Below, one piece after another: positions 23,369 to 38,478 of a stretch of DNA of 64,000 bases. Origin of the DNA: Amoebidium appalachense (lineage: Eukaryota > Protista > Ichthyosporea). Where the stretch lies: the NCBI GenBank assembly GCA_963693365.1, contig CAVNZM010000001.1, positions 2,000,907 to 2,064,906 of the forward strand, given 5' to 3'. The notes beneath the pieces are model-generated. The model did no database searches and had not been told where the DNA came from. It saw only the letters and a list, made by a program, of their open reading frames with translations. Each line of letters begins with the position of its first letter. The first letter of the stretch is position 1. The position numbers and the translations under genes were made by a program.

Positions 23369-23823
23369 GTGAATGCATCTAACACTCGACGGCCCTCCGG
23401 CCTTTTAACCCTAAGGGCCCTATCATAATATTCCTTGATATCATCTACATTACAAAATCTAACATCACTCTCATTATCTAACCTCTGCACCTTATATTCC
23501 GTCGGACCTAACCTAGCCACTATTTTATACGGACCAATGAAAAGAGGCAACCATTTCTTACCATACTTACGGAGACCTTCACCTTCACCCTTACCTTCCT
23601 GCTCCTGCTTATATCTCTTTTTCCTAGTGTGATCCCTAATTAAAACTAAAGTACCCTCGGCAAATTCACGTAACGGACGTGTGGACACGTCTGCACGTGC
23701 CTGTGCCTTCTGTGTACGGGCCAGAGCTGCATCACGTGCAGCCCGGGCCCGGGTTAGTAGCTGCTCCCGGAACTCAGTCCAGTGGGGATAAGTTAGTCTG
23801 TCAGTCCCCCCCATCGGCAAAAG
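23369..23823 (-). pseudogene. Ty3/gypsy integrase C-terminal part
   Basis: REFAEGTLVLIRD...KKWLPLFIGPYKIVARLGPTEYKVQ...CNVDDIKEY (GPY/F motif). Continuous with 30465 across the Copia-B insertion. Confidence 0.85.
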
Positions 23824-24607
23824 TGTCATCTTCACTTAATTCTCAGCAAGACTTAGAAGTTGAGTTTGGTATTTATTTATTAGTTGTTGTAGTTTGTTTC
23901 CTTTTCCTTTCTTCATTTCTTTCTTTCTTTTCCGTTTCCGTGTACACGACATCTTAGATCTGTGTACGTATCGACATACTTAGCTCGCGCACACGTATTG
24001 TCGTTTGCGTCAAAATCTATATATGTCATCCAATCATATCTCGTTTGTATTTTCCCAAATATAGTAACTTACATTCCTTTCTCATTCCTTTCCCACGACG
24101 TAGCATTGTGCTATGTTCTTCAACTATTAGGAATAATTATATTTAGACGTGTTATGATAAGAACATGTATAAATATATGTTATGAATTAATAGTTACATA
24201 AGTGGTTTCATTTTATTAAATGTTTCCGTGCTTTTATTAGAAGTTTTTTTCATTAGAGGATTGAGTTTTACATTCTAAATGTCGACAGACATTTTATTCG
24301 ATATATTTTACACTCATAGTTTTCATTCTTTTGATTGGTTTATCGTTTCACATTCCCAAGTATAAAAGGGACCTCATCTTGAAATAAATCACAAGCAGTC
24401 GTATTCACTTCCTATGGTTCCAGAAATCGTTCCTCCTCTCCGGTTGTGTTTTTCCCGTGTGTCTTTGTGTTGTGTTTTACATAACACCCATCTGTGCTCT
24501 CTGCTTCTCCGTTTACCCACACAAAATAACAGGTTTACGGCCCCTTTGCACGCTAACACACAATCTCGCTACAACCGCGAAAATCTCTCAGTCTTACTGC
24601 TTCAATC

Positions 24608-27600
24608 ATGACTGACAAACCGTCGTATATCAACCTTCCAATATGGAATCCGTCCGAGAAACGAGACGAGAAACGTCTTAATTATTTCGAGTGGGAGCCA
24701 CTCATTCACCGGTTCATTAGAACCACCATTGCCGAGAAATTCGTTGACGCTATCAAGAGGCCACAGTGGGTTGACGGCGCTGAAGTCAACCAGTGGCTAG
24801 GCTACACCACCAAGGACTCCTACAAGAAAGCTTCCGACGTCCTCGACCAGATCCTCAACCAGTCCGTCCACCCGACCGAGCTCTACGACTCCGGCCGGAT
24901 GCAAGACGGTGTCCACGGTGGTGAAGTCTTCCACAACCTACGTATGGCGTATGTAGCAGAGAAGGAGGCCCGAGTCACCCAGATTCAAGTCACCTTCGAG
25001 GAGCTTGAACTACGAGACTACCCCAACGTCACAGCATACCTCACCCGTCTCCAACGTCTGGCTACGACACTTTGTTATAATACGTAGTATTTACATATTG
25101 TAAGATCTTCTCAGTTCGTGTTATGTTTTCATTCATTTACTTAATGAAAAAGATGTGCTCCTTGTACGTAAATTATGACATCGATCTCCAGTGTATTTGA
25201 GTACTTGTAATCGTGTTGTGTCGGCTATATTCGTGTGTTTAGATATCGATTACAGCAACTGATTATAGGTACACGAGTCTACCCAGTGAGGGAGACACGT
25301 GTACATGTTATGTGTACATGAATATCTTCGGTTATAACTGTGTTTTGCTGTTCGTGTTTTCTGTCCTGCTTTCTTTTCTTTTTCCTCTTTCTTCGTCTTT
25401 TCTTTTCTCTTTCTTTCTTCTCTTGTTTCCTTTCATTTAATTATATTTCTCTCTCACTAATATACGTTGAGTAGATTTATATTACTCGTTATGTTTTGAT
25501 TGGTAGAAAAACACTTAGGTTACACTTTAGCTTGTCAGGTATGATTCATAGCTTAGTCAACCACTTTTGTTTTGTGTGTTGCCGTACTATATCCAATCAG
25601 TGGACTTAGTCAGAAAATGTCTGAGTCTTTGTAGCCGATGATAGGTTAGAAACACCACCTCTTTCCTCGTTACTCTTCACCTCTTTTCTTTCTTATAGCT
25701 GTGACCTATGGTGTGTGTTCCCGCGTCTCCGGATCTATCCGGGAAATAATCAGTTAATTATGATTGGTTATTTTAGACATAGATCTGATTTCCGACTGGT
25801 CGGAAATCATGTATGGATTTAACTTAAGGGAATTTCAGGTATTTATTAGCGATCAAAATAAATTAAGTTCAGTCGTGTCTAAACATTGATGTCTGTTGTG
25901 TACACTGCTCCGATCGTTCCGTGTTTTGTTGTTGTGTGTGTCTGTGGTGTTTTCACACTGCACCACTGTGTCTCTGCTTACATCCCAAATACTTATACAA
26001 TTTAACACACTTGCCTGCCTCGACGAACCCGTCCAGCACAAGGATGTCGTACGTAAGTTCTTCCTCCACATCCGGAAGAACACAGCCCTGGTCTGCCCCG
26101 ACATTGAACGTCTCTGCTCCGACTACTGGATGAACAACAAGGCCTACCCGTCCTTCAACATGCTCATCAGTGACATCCGAGGAGCTGAAATCCGTGCCGG
26201 CCTCATCGACGCAGGCACAGGTGCAACCGTCAACAACCGTCCCCTCCGTGCACTCCAGAGCAGAGTGCTTCCCCCCGGTGACCTCCGTAACCGTATTCCT
26301 CGACGTGAGCATACACCTCACCGTTCCCCGTCCCGTTCCCGTGATCCTCGTCCTCCCTCCAAGTCACCCGGTCCCCGTTCAACTTCCCCTTACCACCGTG
26401 GTAACAGGGACAACCGTAACCGACAGCACAACACCAACAGTGTGAAGTGTTCCTACTGCCATGAGCCCCACCACATCACAGCATGCCCGGAGCCTGGCTG
26501 CACAGTTGCTCGTCGTGCCAAGCAGGAGAAAGGTGACAAGAGTGTGAAATTTGCCCTCATCTCCTCCACCGGCACACCTGACAGTAACGACCCCGTCTGG
26601 GACAGTGCTTGTAATGCACACATCTGCCCCATCAAGGAGTATTTCTCCTCCCTTACCCCGTGTCCTCCCACCCCCATTCACGGCCTCGGCACAGTCAATG
26701 CCAAACAACGTGGCATCATCAACATAACACTGCACTACAACGGCCACCCAACACCGTGCAGCATCAATGCTTACTACGTACCCGAGGCACCGTCTTTCCT
26801 CGTGTCTACCTCCATGGCATCAGCTGCCGGCCTCCTAGGTCATTGTGACGATACAGACAACCACCCGTCGTTCCTCTACAGCCGTAATGGTGACATTATT
26901 ACAGATCTCACCCCCCTCGACGGTCTCTACTACATCACTGACTATGTGATTGAGACTCCTAAACACCCGGGGGTCCAAGCCTACACAGCAAGGACTCAAC
27001 AACCCGACGTCTCCCAGCTCCACGTGTTCGGCTCCCCTGCCTATGTCCATGTTCCCCGGTCAAAGAGGAACAAGCTGGCATCAACCGTCAGAGTCGGCAC
27101 CTACGTCGGCTGGGACCTACCCTCCAAGGCACACAAGATCCTCGACCTTGCCAGCAACCAAATCAAGATCTGCCGTGATGTGATCTTCGACGAGTCGAAA
27201 TTCACGGGCAGCACCAATCAGGTCTCCGTTCCCCCCAAACCCGATCTGCCGACATTGGACCCCCCCTCCGACGACGACGATGAAACTCAGTCTGTGGTCA
27301 TCTCCCAACCGTCCTGGCACAACCAACCAGCCCCGGTTGAACCCGTGCCTCCCCCGAGCCCCCCCCCCCACTGGCCAACAACCCTTGCTGCCGGCCCCCC
27401 CCGTTGCTGTGCATCAACCCGGCTACATGACTCCGGTTCGTCCTGGGTCCCCCACCTTCCACTCGGCCACGAGCAGCCCTGTGGACACCGATGCCCCCCT
27501 CACCACCGGTCCTATTCCTGGCTTCCATGCCCCTATCCCGGCCTCCACCACCTACCCGGCCACCACCCCCCTCAAGGACCCCCCCAAGCCCAACCTTTGT

Positions 27601-29223
27601 CGGTCTACACGTCTCACCAAGACTCCAACGGCACTGGTCAGCATCGTAGCACCGACCATCAACATTGACCAGCTCCCCAAGGGCATTCAAAAGCTTTGCA
27701 ACGGTCCCAACGGTGATGCCGTCATAGCTGCCCTCACCTCCGAGTACCTAGCCTTCATCACCAAGGATGTCTTCACCATTGTTGATCCCCCCCCTGGTGC
27801 CAACATCATCAAGTTCAAGTGGATTGTGACTGAGAAAGTCCTCAACTCAGCCGGTGACACCAAGATCAAAGCTCGTGGTGTTGCAAAGGGCTTCACTCAA
27901 GTCTACGGTGTTGACTACGGTGACACCTCTTCCCCCGTGGTGATGTCCTCCTCCGTCCGTGCCCTCCTTGCCATCGGTGTGGACGGCAACCATGAGATTC
28001 ATCAACTCGACGTCTCAACTGCCTTCCTCAACAGTCCTCTTCAAGAAGACATCTACATTGAGCCACCACCTGGCTTCATCACCCCCGGCAACGAACACAA
28101 GGTCTGGAAACTTAAGAAGGCACTCTACGGGCTCAAGCAAGCATCACTGGCCTGGTATGAGTACTTCGACAAGGTCCTCCTTGCTCACGGTCTCGAACGT
28201 CTCCGTTCAGATCCATGTGTCTACATCAAGACCTTCCCCAACGGTGACATCATCCTCACTGGCAACTATGTGGACGACGTCATCATCATCTGCACGGCCA
28301 ACTCCTCCCACACCAAGGATCTAGTAGACCACATCATGAAGTCAGCTCTCTGCAAGGTTGACCTTCCCGACATCTTCCTTGGCACCCAGCTCATCCACAC
28401 CCCCGGTCACCTCAAGCTGCTTCAGCAATCCTACATCAACGACATCGTCAGAGACTTCAACCTCAACGATGCTCACCCCAAGGCTACTCCCATTCCCGTC
28501 GGCACCGTCATCACCATCAACGAGAACGACTCACCACCCATCAAGGTTCCCTACCGTGAACTACTCGGCCGTCTTTTGTGGGTTGCTCGTTGTTCCCGGC
28601 CCGACATCTCCTTTGCCATCGGCTACCTCGGTAGATTCAGTGCCAACCCCACCAAACTTGCATGGGAATGTCTACTCCGTGTAGTTCGGTACCTCATCGG
28701 CACTTCCAACCTCGGCCTTCATTACGACAAGTCTGCTTCCGACGACAACACCCCCTTGCTGGAGTGTTATTCTGATGCTGACTTTGCCAACTGCCCCAAC
28801 ACCCGTCGTTCAACCACCGGATACGTCATCTTCTTCAAGGGCATACCCATCACATGGTATTCGAAGCTGCAGTCCATCACGGCAACATCCACCACCGAGG
28901 CTGAGCTTCTGGCCATCAATGCTGCTGTTCAAAACGTCATCTGGCACCGTGATCTCCTCCGTGAACTCGGCTACCCGATGACCGACCCCACCCCCGTCTA
29001 CTGTGACAACCAGTCCACCATTGCCCTCCTGCACACCAACAGCATCAAGCACCGGACCAAACACATTGCAGTCCGTTACCACAACACGAAGGACTACATC
29101 AAGAGTGGGGATGTGGTCGTCACCTACGTGTCCAGCAAAGACAACGTGGCTGACATCTTCACCAAGCCCCTGCCCGGGCCCTCCCACGAGCAGCACCGTG
29201 ATTCACTCAGTCTTCGTGACTGA
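24608..29223 (+). pseudogene. Copia-B gag-pol; interrupted by a solo LTR, integrase core deleted (junction about 27000), poly-C frameshift
   Basis: ORF pieces 24608-25087, 25896-27668 and 27280-29223. AYTARTQ is joined directly to PDVSQLHVFG. Confidence 0.92.
25073..26007 (+). repeat. Solo Copia-A LTR (A1, 935 bp)
   Basis: TG...CA flanked by TSD CACTT, inside Copia-B gag. Confidence 0.96.
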
Positions 29224-29224
29224 G

Positions 29225-29270
<46 letters not shown>

Positions 29271-30464
29271 TCATCTACAGTGGTCTTCAAGTAGGTTGGG
29301 GCCCTGGCCAGTGGTCTACACATCACCGTGTAGAGACACCTCCCAACGAAAGTCTACTGCTGTCTTCATCGATCTTCAGTGTGTGCATCTTCAGTGGGGA
29401 TTTCTTCTCCACCATCCGTCGTTTATTTATATACCACCATATATATAATGTATTTATCATTAGCCACCAACACGTCACACATACACTAGTTGTTTCTTCT
29501 ATATATATTTATATATCACGTCATTGGCTACCGTCATCTTCCGAGTCTTCAGAGGCAACCGTCGTTGTGTGCTTCTTCCGTTTTGGTTTTCTTCCCCGGC
29601 TTGCACCTTCAAGTCTTCTCCATTGTCTTCTCGAGTGGGGAAACTTGACTGTGACTTCACGGCACCTACTTCTACATGTGTGAAAGTCTTAACATCAACA
29701 GTCACATCAACAAACTTCACGAGAACCCAACTTCCAACCCTTGAGTGGGGATGTCATCTTCACTTAATTCTCAGCAAGACTTAGAAGTTGAGTTTGGTAT
29801 TTATTTATTAGTTGTTGTAGTTTGTTTCCTTTTCCTTTCTTCATTTCTTTCTTTCTTTTCCGTTTCCGTGTACACGACATCTTAGATCTGTGTACGTATC
29901 GACATACTTAGCTCGCGCACACGTATTGTCGTTTGCGTCAAAATCTATATATGTCATCCAATCATATCTCGTTTGTATTTTCCCAAATATAGTAACTTAC
30001 ATTCCTTTCTCATTCCTTTCCCACGACGTAGCATTGTGCTATGTTCTTCAACTATTAGGAATAATTATATTTAGACGTGTTATGATAAGAACATGTATAA
30101 ATATATGTTATGAATTAATAGTTACATAAGTGGTTTCATTTTATTAAATGTTTCCGTGCTTTTATTAGAAGTTTCTTTCATTAGAGGATTGAGTTTTACA
30201 TTCTAAATGTCGACAGACATTTTATTCGATATATTTTACACTCATAGTTTTCATTCTTTTGATTGGTTTATCGTTTCACATTCCCAAGTATAAAAGGGAC
30301 CTCATCTTGAAATAAATCACAAGCAGTCGTATTCACTTCCTATGGTTCCAGAAATCGTTCCTCCTCTCCGGTTGTGTTTTTCCCGTGTGTCTTTGTGTTG
30401 TGTTTTACATAACACCCATCTGTGCTCTCTGCTTCTCCGTTTACCCACACAAAATAACAAAAAG

Positions 30465-32383
30465 TGCCGTATCTAACAAACTAGTAGCCTCCTGCCCATA
30501 GACCAAATAAAACGGAGAAAAACCAGTCACAGCATGAGGGGTAGAATTATACGAATGAGCAATAAACCTAGACATATGATCCCAATCATTAGCCTCCAGA
30601 TCCACCATTTTGCCAAAGGACTTCTGAAACACTGCATGCACACGTTCAGAGATGGCATTTGCTTGAGGGTGATATGCAGGCGTAGTGATATGAGCTACCC
30701 TTAAAAATTTTTACACACCTCCGACACCAACTGATTAAAAAATACACGACTCCTATCCGTTAACAAAACACGAGGACAACCAAACCTAAGACAAATTTCA
30801 TCCACAAAAGCACGAGCAAACAAAAACGGCATTAGCAGTGGGGAGAGGAAAAACTTCAACCCAACGAGTGGCCACATCGGTGACGGTAACAAGAACAGTG
30901 TTACCCTCAACCGTAGAATTAAAAGGACCAACCACATCCACTGCTACCCTTTCAAACATACGAACATTAAAATCCCTAATAAACGACGGGCGGGAACGAG
31001 AGTGGGGACTCTCATTCCTTTCCTGACAATGCATGCATGACAACACATAATCCCTCACCTCCCTACTCATACCCGGCCAAAAATACGAACGATAACACGA
31101 AGCAACGTCCTATTTACACCTAAATGACCAGCCATGGGATGCTCATGCACCATATGCAAAACCTCAGGCACAAGTGCCGTCGGGACCCAAACTCGGTGTC
31201 CGTCTGGCCCAGAACAATGATAAACTAAATCCTGCTCTACCGGACACATTTTTGCTAACTTAGCTACCTTAATCATCTGCCTTTTATTTTTAAATTTAAT
31301 CGAATCAACCGGCCCCTTTAAGTAATTCTTAACCAGACCAATCAACACATCTTCCTCCTGAGCTAAGATCAAAGCCGTAGGTGCTAAGGCAGGGGCCGAG
31401 CCATGAGACTCGGTCCCGACCTCAGACACTGACAAATACCTCCCCCCCCCTCCCCTACACTTATAAGCAAGCAACCCCGGAGCCCAAGAAGACACATCAA
31501 CAGACACAGCATCTATTCCTTTCTGCTCACTCTCCCCCCCCTTCCCCCCCTCCCCCCCCCCGTCTCTCGCAATTCCTGATGAGTTAGTGCATGTATGTGG
31601 GGGGCCAGGTCTGTGGCCACCCTGGCCCCCACGGTGTTGGTTAACCCGTCAGATCCACGGGCTAGACCAACACCCTCCCCCCCTGCCTGCACATTCTCAC
31701 ACCCGGGGTGACCCTCCTTCCTCTTGGGGGTCGGGGGAGTGGGACCGGTGCTGTCCCGGTCCCCCTCCCCATCGTGTCGGGTGACATTATGGTGGCTAAC
31801 GTTAAATAAAGTTGTTCCCCCTCCTCCTGAGTCACCCTTCGAGCCGGCATCCTCCTTTTGGCTAATAAGAGAGACCTCTATACTACCAATCTCATTAGTG
31901 AAACTACCGACGGAAACACCTGACCTAATCACTATAAGCTCGATGCCCGGATTCACTAATTCTATTTCTATTGTCTTATCCGGCCATACCCTACTAAGGG
32001 TCCATTGAGCCACCTCCTGAAATGGGGTTTTCGGGGTAAAAACCCCTAAAACCCCTATCCTAACATGATGATTGCCGGCCCGGACACGTACCGTTTGGCA
32101 CTGATAAGGCTCGATTACTACTTCAGCTACCGTTCTAGCACCAGACTGATAACCGTCGATCCCATCACGGGTTTTCATTTTAACGCCGGACTGCAATTCT
32201 AAAACATTCGTACGTTCAAACAAAGCATTCACATGTCTACGGAAAAATGGGGCTCCCAACAAAACACTTTGAGCTAAATCCTTAACCACATAACAAGCAA
32301 TATGCATAGCCTGGCCACCTATCTCACACGGCAACACACAAACACCTTCCACAGACATACTACTATTATTAGCACTACCTAAG
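30465..32383 (-). pseudogene. Ty3/gypsy pol remnant: protease C-terminal half, spacer, integrase (no RT/RNase H visible)
   Basis: LGSANNSSMSVEG...SVLLGAPFF (protease); HEHPMAGHLG...YVLSCMHCQ (HHCC); FERVAVDVVGPF, FGCPRVLLTD, YNSTPHAVTGFSPFYLVYG (core). Multiple frameshifts. Confidence 0.87.
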
Positions 32384-33244
<861 letters not shown>

Positions 33245-34365
33245 TGTTGTAATACGTAGTATCTACATATGGTAAGATCTTCTCAGTTTGTGTTATGTTT
33301 CAGTTCATATGCTTAGTGTATATGCCACACTCCTATTATGTAAAGTGTAGCATCGATCTCCGATATGCTTGTATACTTGTAATCGTGTTGTATCGGCTCT
33401 AATCGTGTATTGTAATATCGATTAGAATATTTATATGTGTGTACACGGATCCACCCACTCAGGGAGAGACGTGTACATGTTCGTGTGTACATAAATATCT
33501 CTGGTTATAGTTATGCTATTACTATCTTGTTTGTTGATCTGTGCTCTCTTTTCCTTTCTCTTTCTCCTTCCTTATTTTCTTTTCTTTCTCTCCTTGTCTT
33601 CATGTGTATAATCGTATTTCTTTTCTACTAATATATGTTAGGTAGATTTGTGTTACTTAATACGTGTTCATTGGACGGTAACACACTTAGACTACACTTA
33701 GAATAGCATGTGTGTTTAGACTTCATTAATTTACTTTAGTTTTCATGTGTTGCCGGGCTTTAACCAATCATCAAGGTTAAGTGTGATATGTCTGAGTCTT
33801 TGCAGTATGTCATAGGTTAGAATTTCCTTGATGATGACACGAGTTGACCTTAACTAGTGTCTGTGTCCTATCGTGTGCGTCTCCGCGTACCGGATCTCTC
33901 TGAAAGCAATTGGTTCTTAGTGATTGGTTTCTATTAGAGATAGATCTGATTTCCGACTGGTCGGAAATCATGTATGGATTGGACTTAGAGGAATTTCAGG
34001 TATTTATTCGAAGATCAGAATAAATTCAGTTCAGTCGTGTCTAAACATTGATGTCTGTTGTGTACACTGCTCCGATCGTTCCGTGTTTTGTTGTTGTGTG
34101 TGTCTGTGGTGTTTTCACACTGCACCACTGTGTCTCTGCTTTCATCCCAAATACTTATACAATTCAACAGGTTATGCAGCCCTTTTGCACGCTCCCTACA
34201 CACATCTAGAACTAGCGCTCGTTTTTCAATCATGGATCCAAACAAAACTGGCGTAAACAAAATCACCATGTGGAAAGGTGAAGGGAAGACTGGTCCCGAT
34301 AGCAAAACCATCTATTTTCAATGGGAAATCATTTTTCTCGGCATGATGACCGGTACTAAAGGTGT
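33245..34365 (+). mobile_element. Copia-A 5' end: A2 LTR (33245-34169), PBS and first ~45 gag codons
   Basis: TG...CA, GGTTATGCAGCCC, MDPNKTG...GTKGV, then a break. Confidence 0.92.
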
Positions 34366-34670
34366 AGAGACACAGTGGTGCAGTGTGAAAACACCACAGA
34401 CACACACAACAACAAAACACGGAACGATCGGAGCAGTGTACACAACAAACATCAATGTTTAGACACGACTAAACTCAATTTATTTTGATCTTCGAATAAA
34501 TACCTGAAATTCCTCTAAGTCATACAACACGATTACAAGTATACAAGCATATCGGAGATCGATGTTACACTTTACATAATAGGAGTGTGGCATTTACACT
34601 AAGCATATGAACTGAAACATAACACAAACTGAGAAGATCTTACCATATGTAAATACTACGTATTACAACA
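34366..34670 (-). repeat. Internally deleted, inverted Copia-A (A2) LTR
   Basis: R/U5 piece (to about 34520) joined to the LTR start (ends TATTACAACA at 34670). Confidence 0.88.
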
Positions 34671-35980
34671 TATCAAGTAGTCGTATTGATTTCCTATGGT
34701 TCCAGAAATCGTTCCACCTCTCCGGTTGTGTTTCTCCCGTGTGTCTCTATTTTGTGTATAACATAACACCCATCTGTGCTCTCTGCTTCTCCGTTTACCC
34801 TCACAAAACAACAGGTTTACGGCCCCTTTGCACGCTAACACACAATCTCGTTACAACCGCGTAATTTCTCAGTCTTACTGCTTCAATCATGACTGACAAA
34901 CCGTCGTACATCAACCTTCCAATATGGAATCCGTCCGAGAAAAGAGACGAGAAACGTCTTAATTTTTTCAAGTGGGAGCCACTCATTCACCGGTTCATTA
35001 GAACAACCATTGCCGAGAAATTCGTTGACGCTATAAAGAGGCCACAGTGGGTTGAGGGCACTGAGGCCAACCAGTGGCTAGGCTACGCCACCAAGGACTC
35101 CTACAAGAAAGCTTCCGACGTCCTCGACCAGATCCTCAACCAGTCCGTCCATCCGACTGAGCTCTACGACTCCGGCCGGATGCAAGACGGTGTCCACGGT
35201 GGAGAAGTCTTCCACAACCTACGTATGGCGTATGTGGCAGAGAAGGAGGCCCGAGTCACCCAGATTCAAGTCACCTTCGAGGAGCTTGAACTACGAGACT
35301 ACCCCAACGTCACAGCATACCTCACCCGTCTCCAACGTCTGGCTACGACCCTTGCCTGCCTCGACGAGCCCGTCCAGCACAAGGATGTCGTACGTAAGTT
35401 CTTCCTTCACCTCCGGAAGAACACGGCCCTGGTCTGCTCCGACATTGAACGTCTCTGCTGCGACTACTGGATGAACAACAAGGCCTACCCGTCCTTCAAC
35501 CAGCTCATCAGTGACATCCGAGGAGCTGAAATCCGTGCCGGCCTCATCGATGCAGGCACTGGTGCAACCGCCAACAACCGTCCCCTCCGTGCACTTCAGA
35601 GCAGAGTGCTTCCCCCCGGTGACCTCCGTAACCGTATCCCTCGACGTGAGCATACACATCACCGTTCCCCGTCCCGTTCCCGTGATCCTCGTCCGTCCTC
35701 CAAGTCACCCGGCCCCCGTTCAACTTCCCCTTACCACCGTGGTAACAGGGACAACCGTAACCGACAGCACAACACCAAGAAGGTGGAGTGTTCCTACTGC
35801 CATTATGAGCCCCACCACATCACAGCATGCCTGGAGCCTGGCTGTGCTGTTGCTCGTCGTGCCAAGCAGGAGAAAGGCAACAAGAGTGTGCAATTTGCAC
35901 TCATCTCCTCCACCGGCACACCCGACCGTGACGACCCCGTCTGGGACAGTGCTTGTAATGCACACATCTGCCCCATCAAG
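34671..35980 (+). pseudogene. Copia-B fragment: LTR end (to 34813), PBS, gag and protease start (ATG 34889)
   Basis: ORF 34889-36019, MTDKPSYINLPIW...WDSACNAHICPIK. Followed by an inverted integrase scrap (35981-36110). Confidence 0.9.
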
Positions 35981-36866
35981 GGGAGCCGAACACGTGGAGC
36001 TGGGAGACCTCGGGTTTGAAGCCGTGGAAGGCCTCGAAGGGAGTGTTGCCGTTGGCAGCAGATGACGGTGTGACGTTGATGATGTAGCCAGCATGCTTGA
36101 GAGCAGCAACTGTCATCTTCACTTGATTCTCAGCAAGACTTAGAAGTTGAGTTTTGTATTTGTTTATTAGTTTGTTGTAGTTTGTTTCCTTTTCCTTTTT
36201 CCTTTCTTCCTTTCTTTCTTTTCTTTCTGTTTCCGTGTACACCGATATCTTAGATCTGTGTACGTATCGACATACTTAGCTCGCGCACACATATTGTCGT
36301 TTGTGTCAAAATCTATATATGTCATCCAATCAAATCTCGTTTGTATTTTCCCAAATATAGTAACTTACATTCCTTTCTCATTCCTTTCTCACGACGTAGC
36401 ATTGTGCTATGTTCTCCAACTATTAGGAATAATTATATTTAAACGTGTTATGATAAGAACATGTATAAATGTATGTTGTGAACTAATGGTTTTATTTGTG
36501 GAAATTATTGACATAAATATTTTTCTGGGTAAACACGTAGGATGGGTGTCCGATATCAACAGGCTTCGTTTCATGTTTTAGCAGTTCGCGTTCGGCTGCC
36601 CGCATACGGGCACCTATTAGCCGATCAAAACATCAGAGATCCACAGATCACTAGACCGAGTCTGATTGGCTCAGGATAAGATTTCACATAACACTAGATC
36701 GGTTTTGATTGGCTCAGTTCGGTAGCCGTAGGTATATAAGCACGACAGTTTTTAGCAGATCAGCAGGCAACAACACATCTTCTGTGTTTAGCACCTACAG
36801 CTTTACAGCTATATTTTCTTTTCAATTTTCTTTTCACTCTCCCTATCTTTCCGTACGCCGGTCAGC

Positions 36867-38053
36867 ATGCCGCCGAAAAAGCGCCAGGCCTCAGCCACCG
36901 CCCCTGCCGCGGCACCCAAGCGCCTGACCCGCAGCGACCTCCGCCACAGGCTGACCAACGCTCCCGCGGACACTGACGCGCCTCCAGCGGCCCATACCAC
37001 CACGGACCCGGACCCGCCGGCTAGTCCCCCCTCCCCTCCTGAAGTCCCCCCTCAGGCCCCGCCGTCCCCCGCAGATGACTTCTCAAGACGCCGTCCTTGC
37101 CGCCCTCACCGCCATCAGCACCCAGATGGCTGGCGTCCTGGCTGCTCTCACCAACCGCGACCCTCCCGCGCCCCCCGCCGCGCCCTCCGCACCCGGGGAG
37201 ATTTCCCCCGGGGCTGCATCTCGGCCCTGACCTAGACCTACCTGCCCTGCCCGCGCCCCCCATCACAGGTGAGAACACTGGCGACATTCAGCCGGGCACA
37301 CTCCCGCTTCCCCCCGCGGATGTGCTGGCAGATTTGCGCGCCAATCGTTTCGTCGACCTGTATAAGTTCACCCCCGCCGCCCTCCTGGCCCCATACAAGA
37401 AAGGTCAGCATCTGCGCATGGCCGACGACGGCAGCATCGAGACTTTTCGCCAGGACAAACCCGTTCCCCTGCGTTCACTCGTCATTTGGATCCAGGCTTG
37501 GACCCATTACATGGCCGCCAAGCACCACCTCGGCCTCCCCACGGACAAAGACGTACTTTGGACTCAGCACATCACTCGCCTCAGCTGGGCCCAGATCCAC
37601 AACTATGACGTATACGCCCGAACCGTTGCCCACCAGCAGGGTCGGGCTCCGATCGAGTGTCCCAACCTGCTCGCCCAACTCCACCAGGATCTCCTCTTGC
37701 CACCCACTCTGCTCATCCCGGACGCATGTCAGCGCTGTGGCTTCCCCGACCACCCCAGCGCGGCCTGCCCCATGTACCCCAAGCCCGGCTGTGGTCTTGA
37801 CGGCTTTAAGCCGCCCCACAAGCCCGGCGGGGGTCAAACCCCTAACCGCCCTGGCCCGCAACCCGGCCCGGCAAAACCGGCCCGACCCGTGGATCTACCC
37901 GCGACGCACTGCAGGAATTTCCACATTAACGGTCGGTCCTGCGCTAAGCAGCCCTGCCCCTTCTCCCACGTGTGCCCGCTGCTCTGGCACACACCCCCGC
38001 AAAGACTGCAAACACAATGCCTAGTCTACGCGCACACCCACATACACAGCTAG
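36867..38053 (+). CDS. Ngaro ORF1 (gag-like, C-terminal Cys/His zinc fingers), frameshifted
   Basis: MPPKKRQ... start; NRFVDLYKF, WIQAWTHY, CRNFHINGRSC..PCPFSHVC. Pieces lie in different frames. Confidence 0.82.
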
Positions 38054-38325
38054 AACATAGGGGTTAGGAGCTAGGACACACGAGTACAGGGAAACGGAGC
38101 TCGGGAGAACGGGCCCATAGGGCTGAGTACAAAATTTCGCAGGCCAAACTACGGCGCCCGCGCGCGTCAAGAATAAATGTCCCTACACAAAGACGTTTAT
38201 TCTGGCCACTGCACATAATTATACTCCCCCCCTCCCCCATCCCACGAGCCTCCCCCCCCCCCTTACACTCACCCAGCACTCCCTCCCCCCCCTTCTTCTA
38301 CCTCTGTGTCCGCCCACACCCCCGC

Positions 38326-38437
38326 GTGCTCGGGCACATTCCCCTGCACAGGGCCCCGCTGCCCTCCCTGCCAACCTTCACTCGGGCCCAGCTGCCCTAC
38401 TCTAACCCCCCCGGGGCCCTGCTGTTCCCCCCCCCCC

Positions 38438-38478
<41 letters not shown>

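Larger units (their letters stand above)
23824..30459 (+). mobile_element. Copia-B element 2; 708-bp LTRs at 23824-24531 and 29752-30459
   Basis: Near-identical LTRs, TSD AAAAG on both sides, PBS GGTTTACGGCCCC, PPT GAGTGGGGA. Confidence 0.95.
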
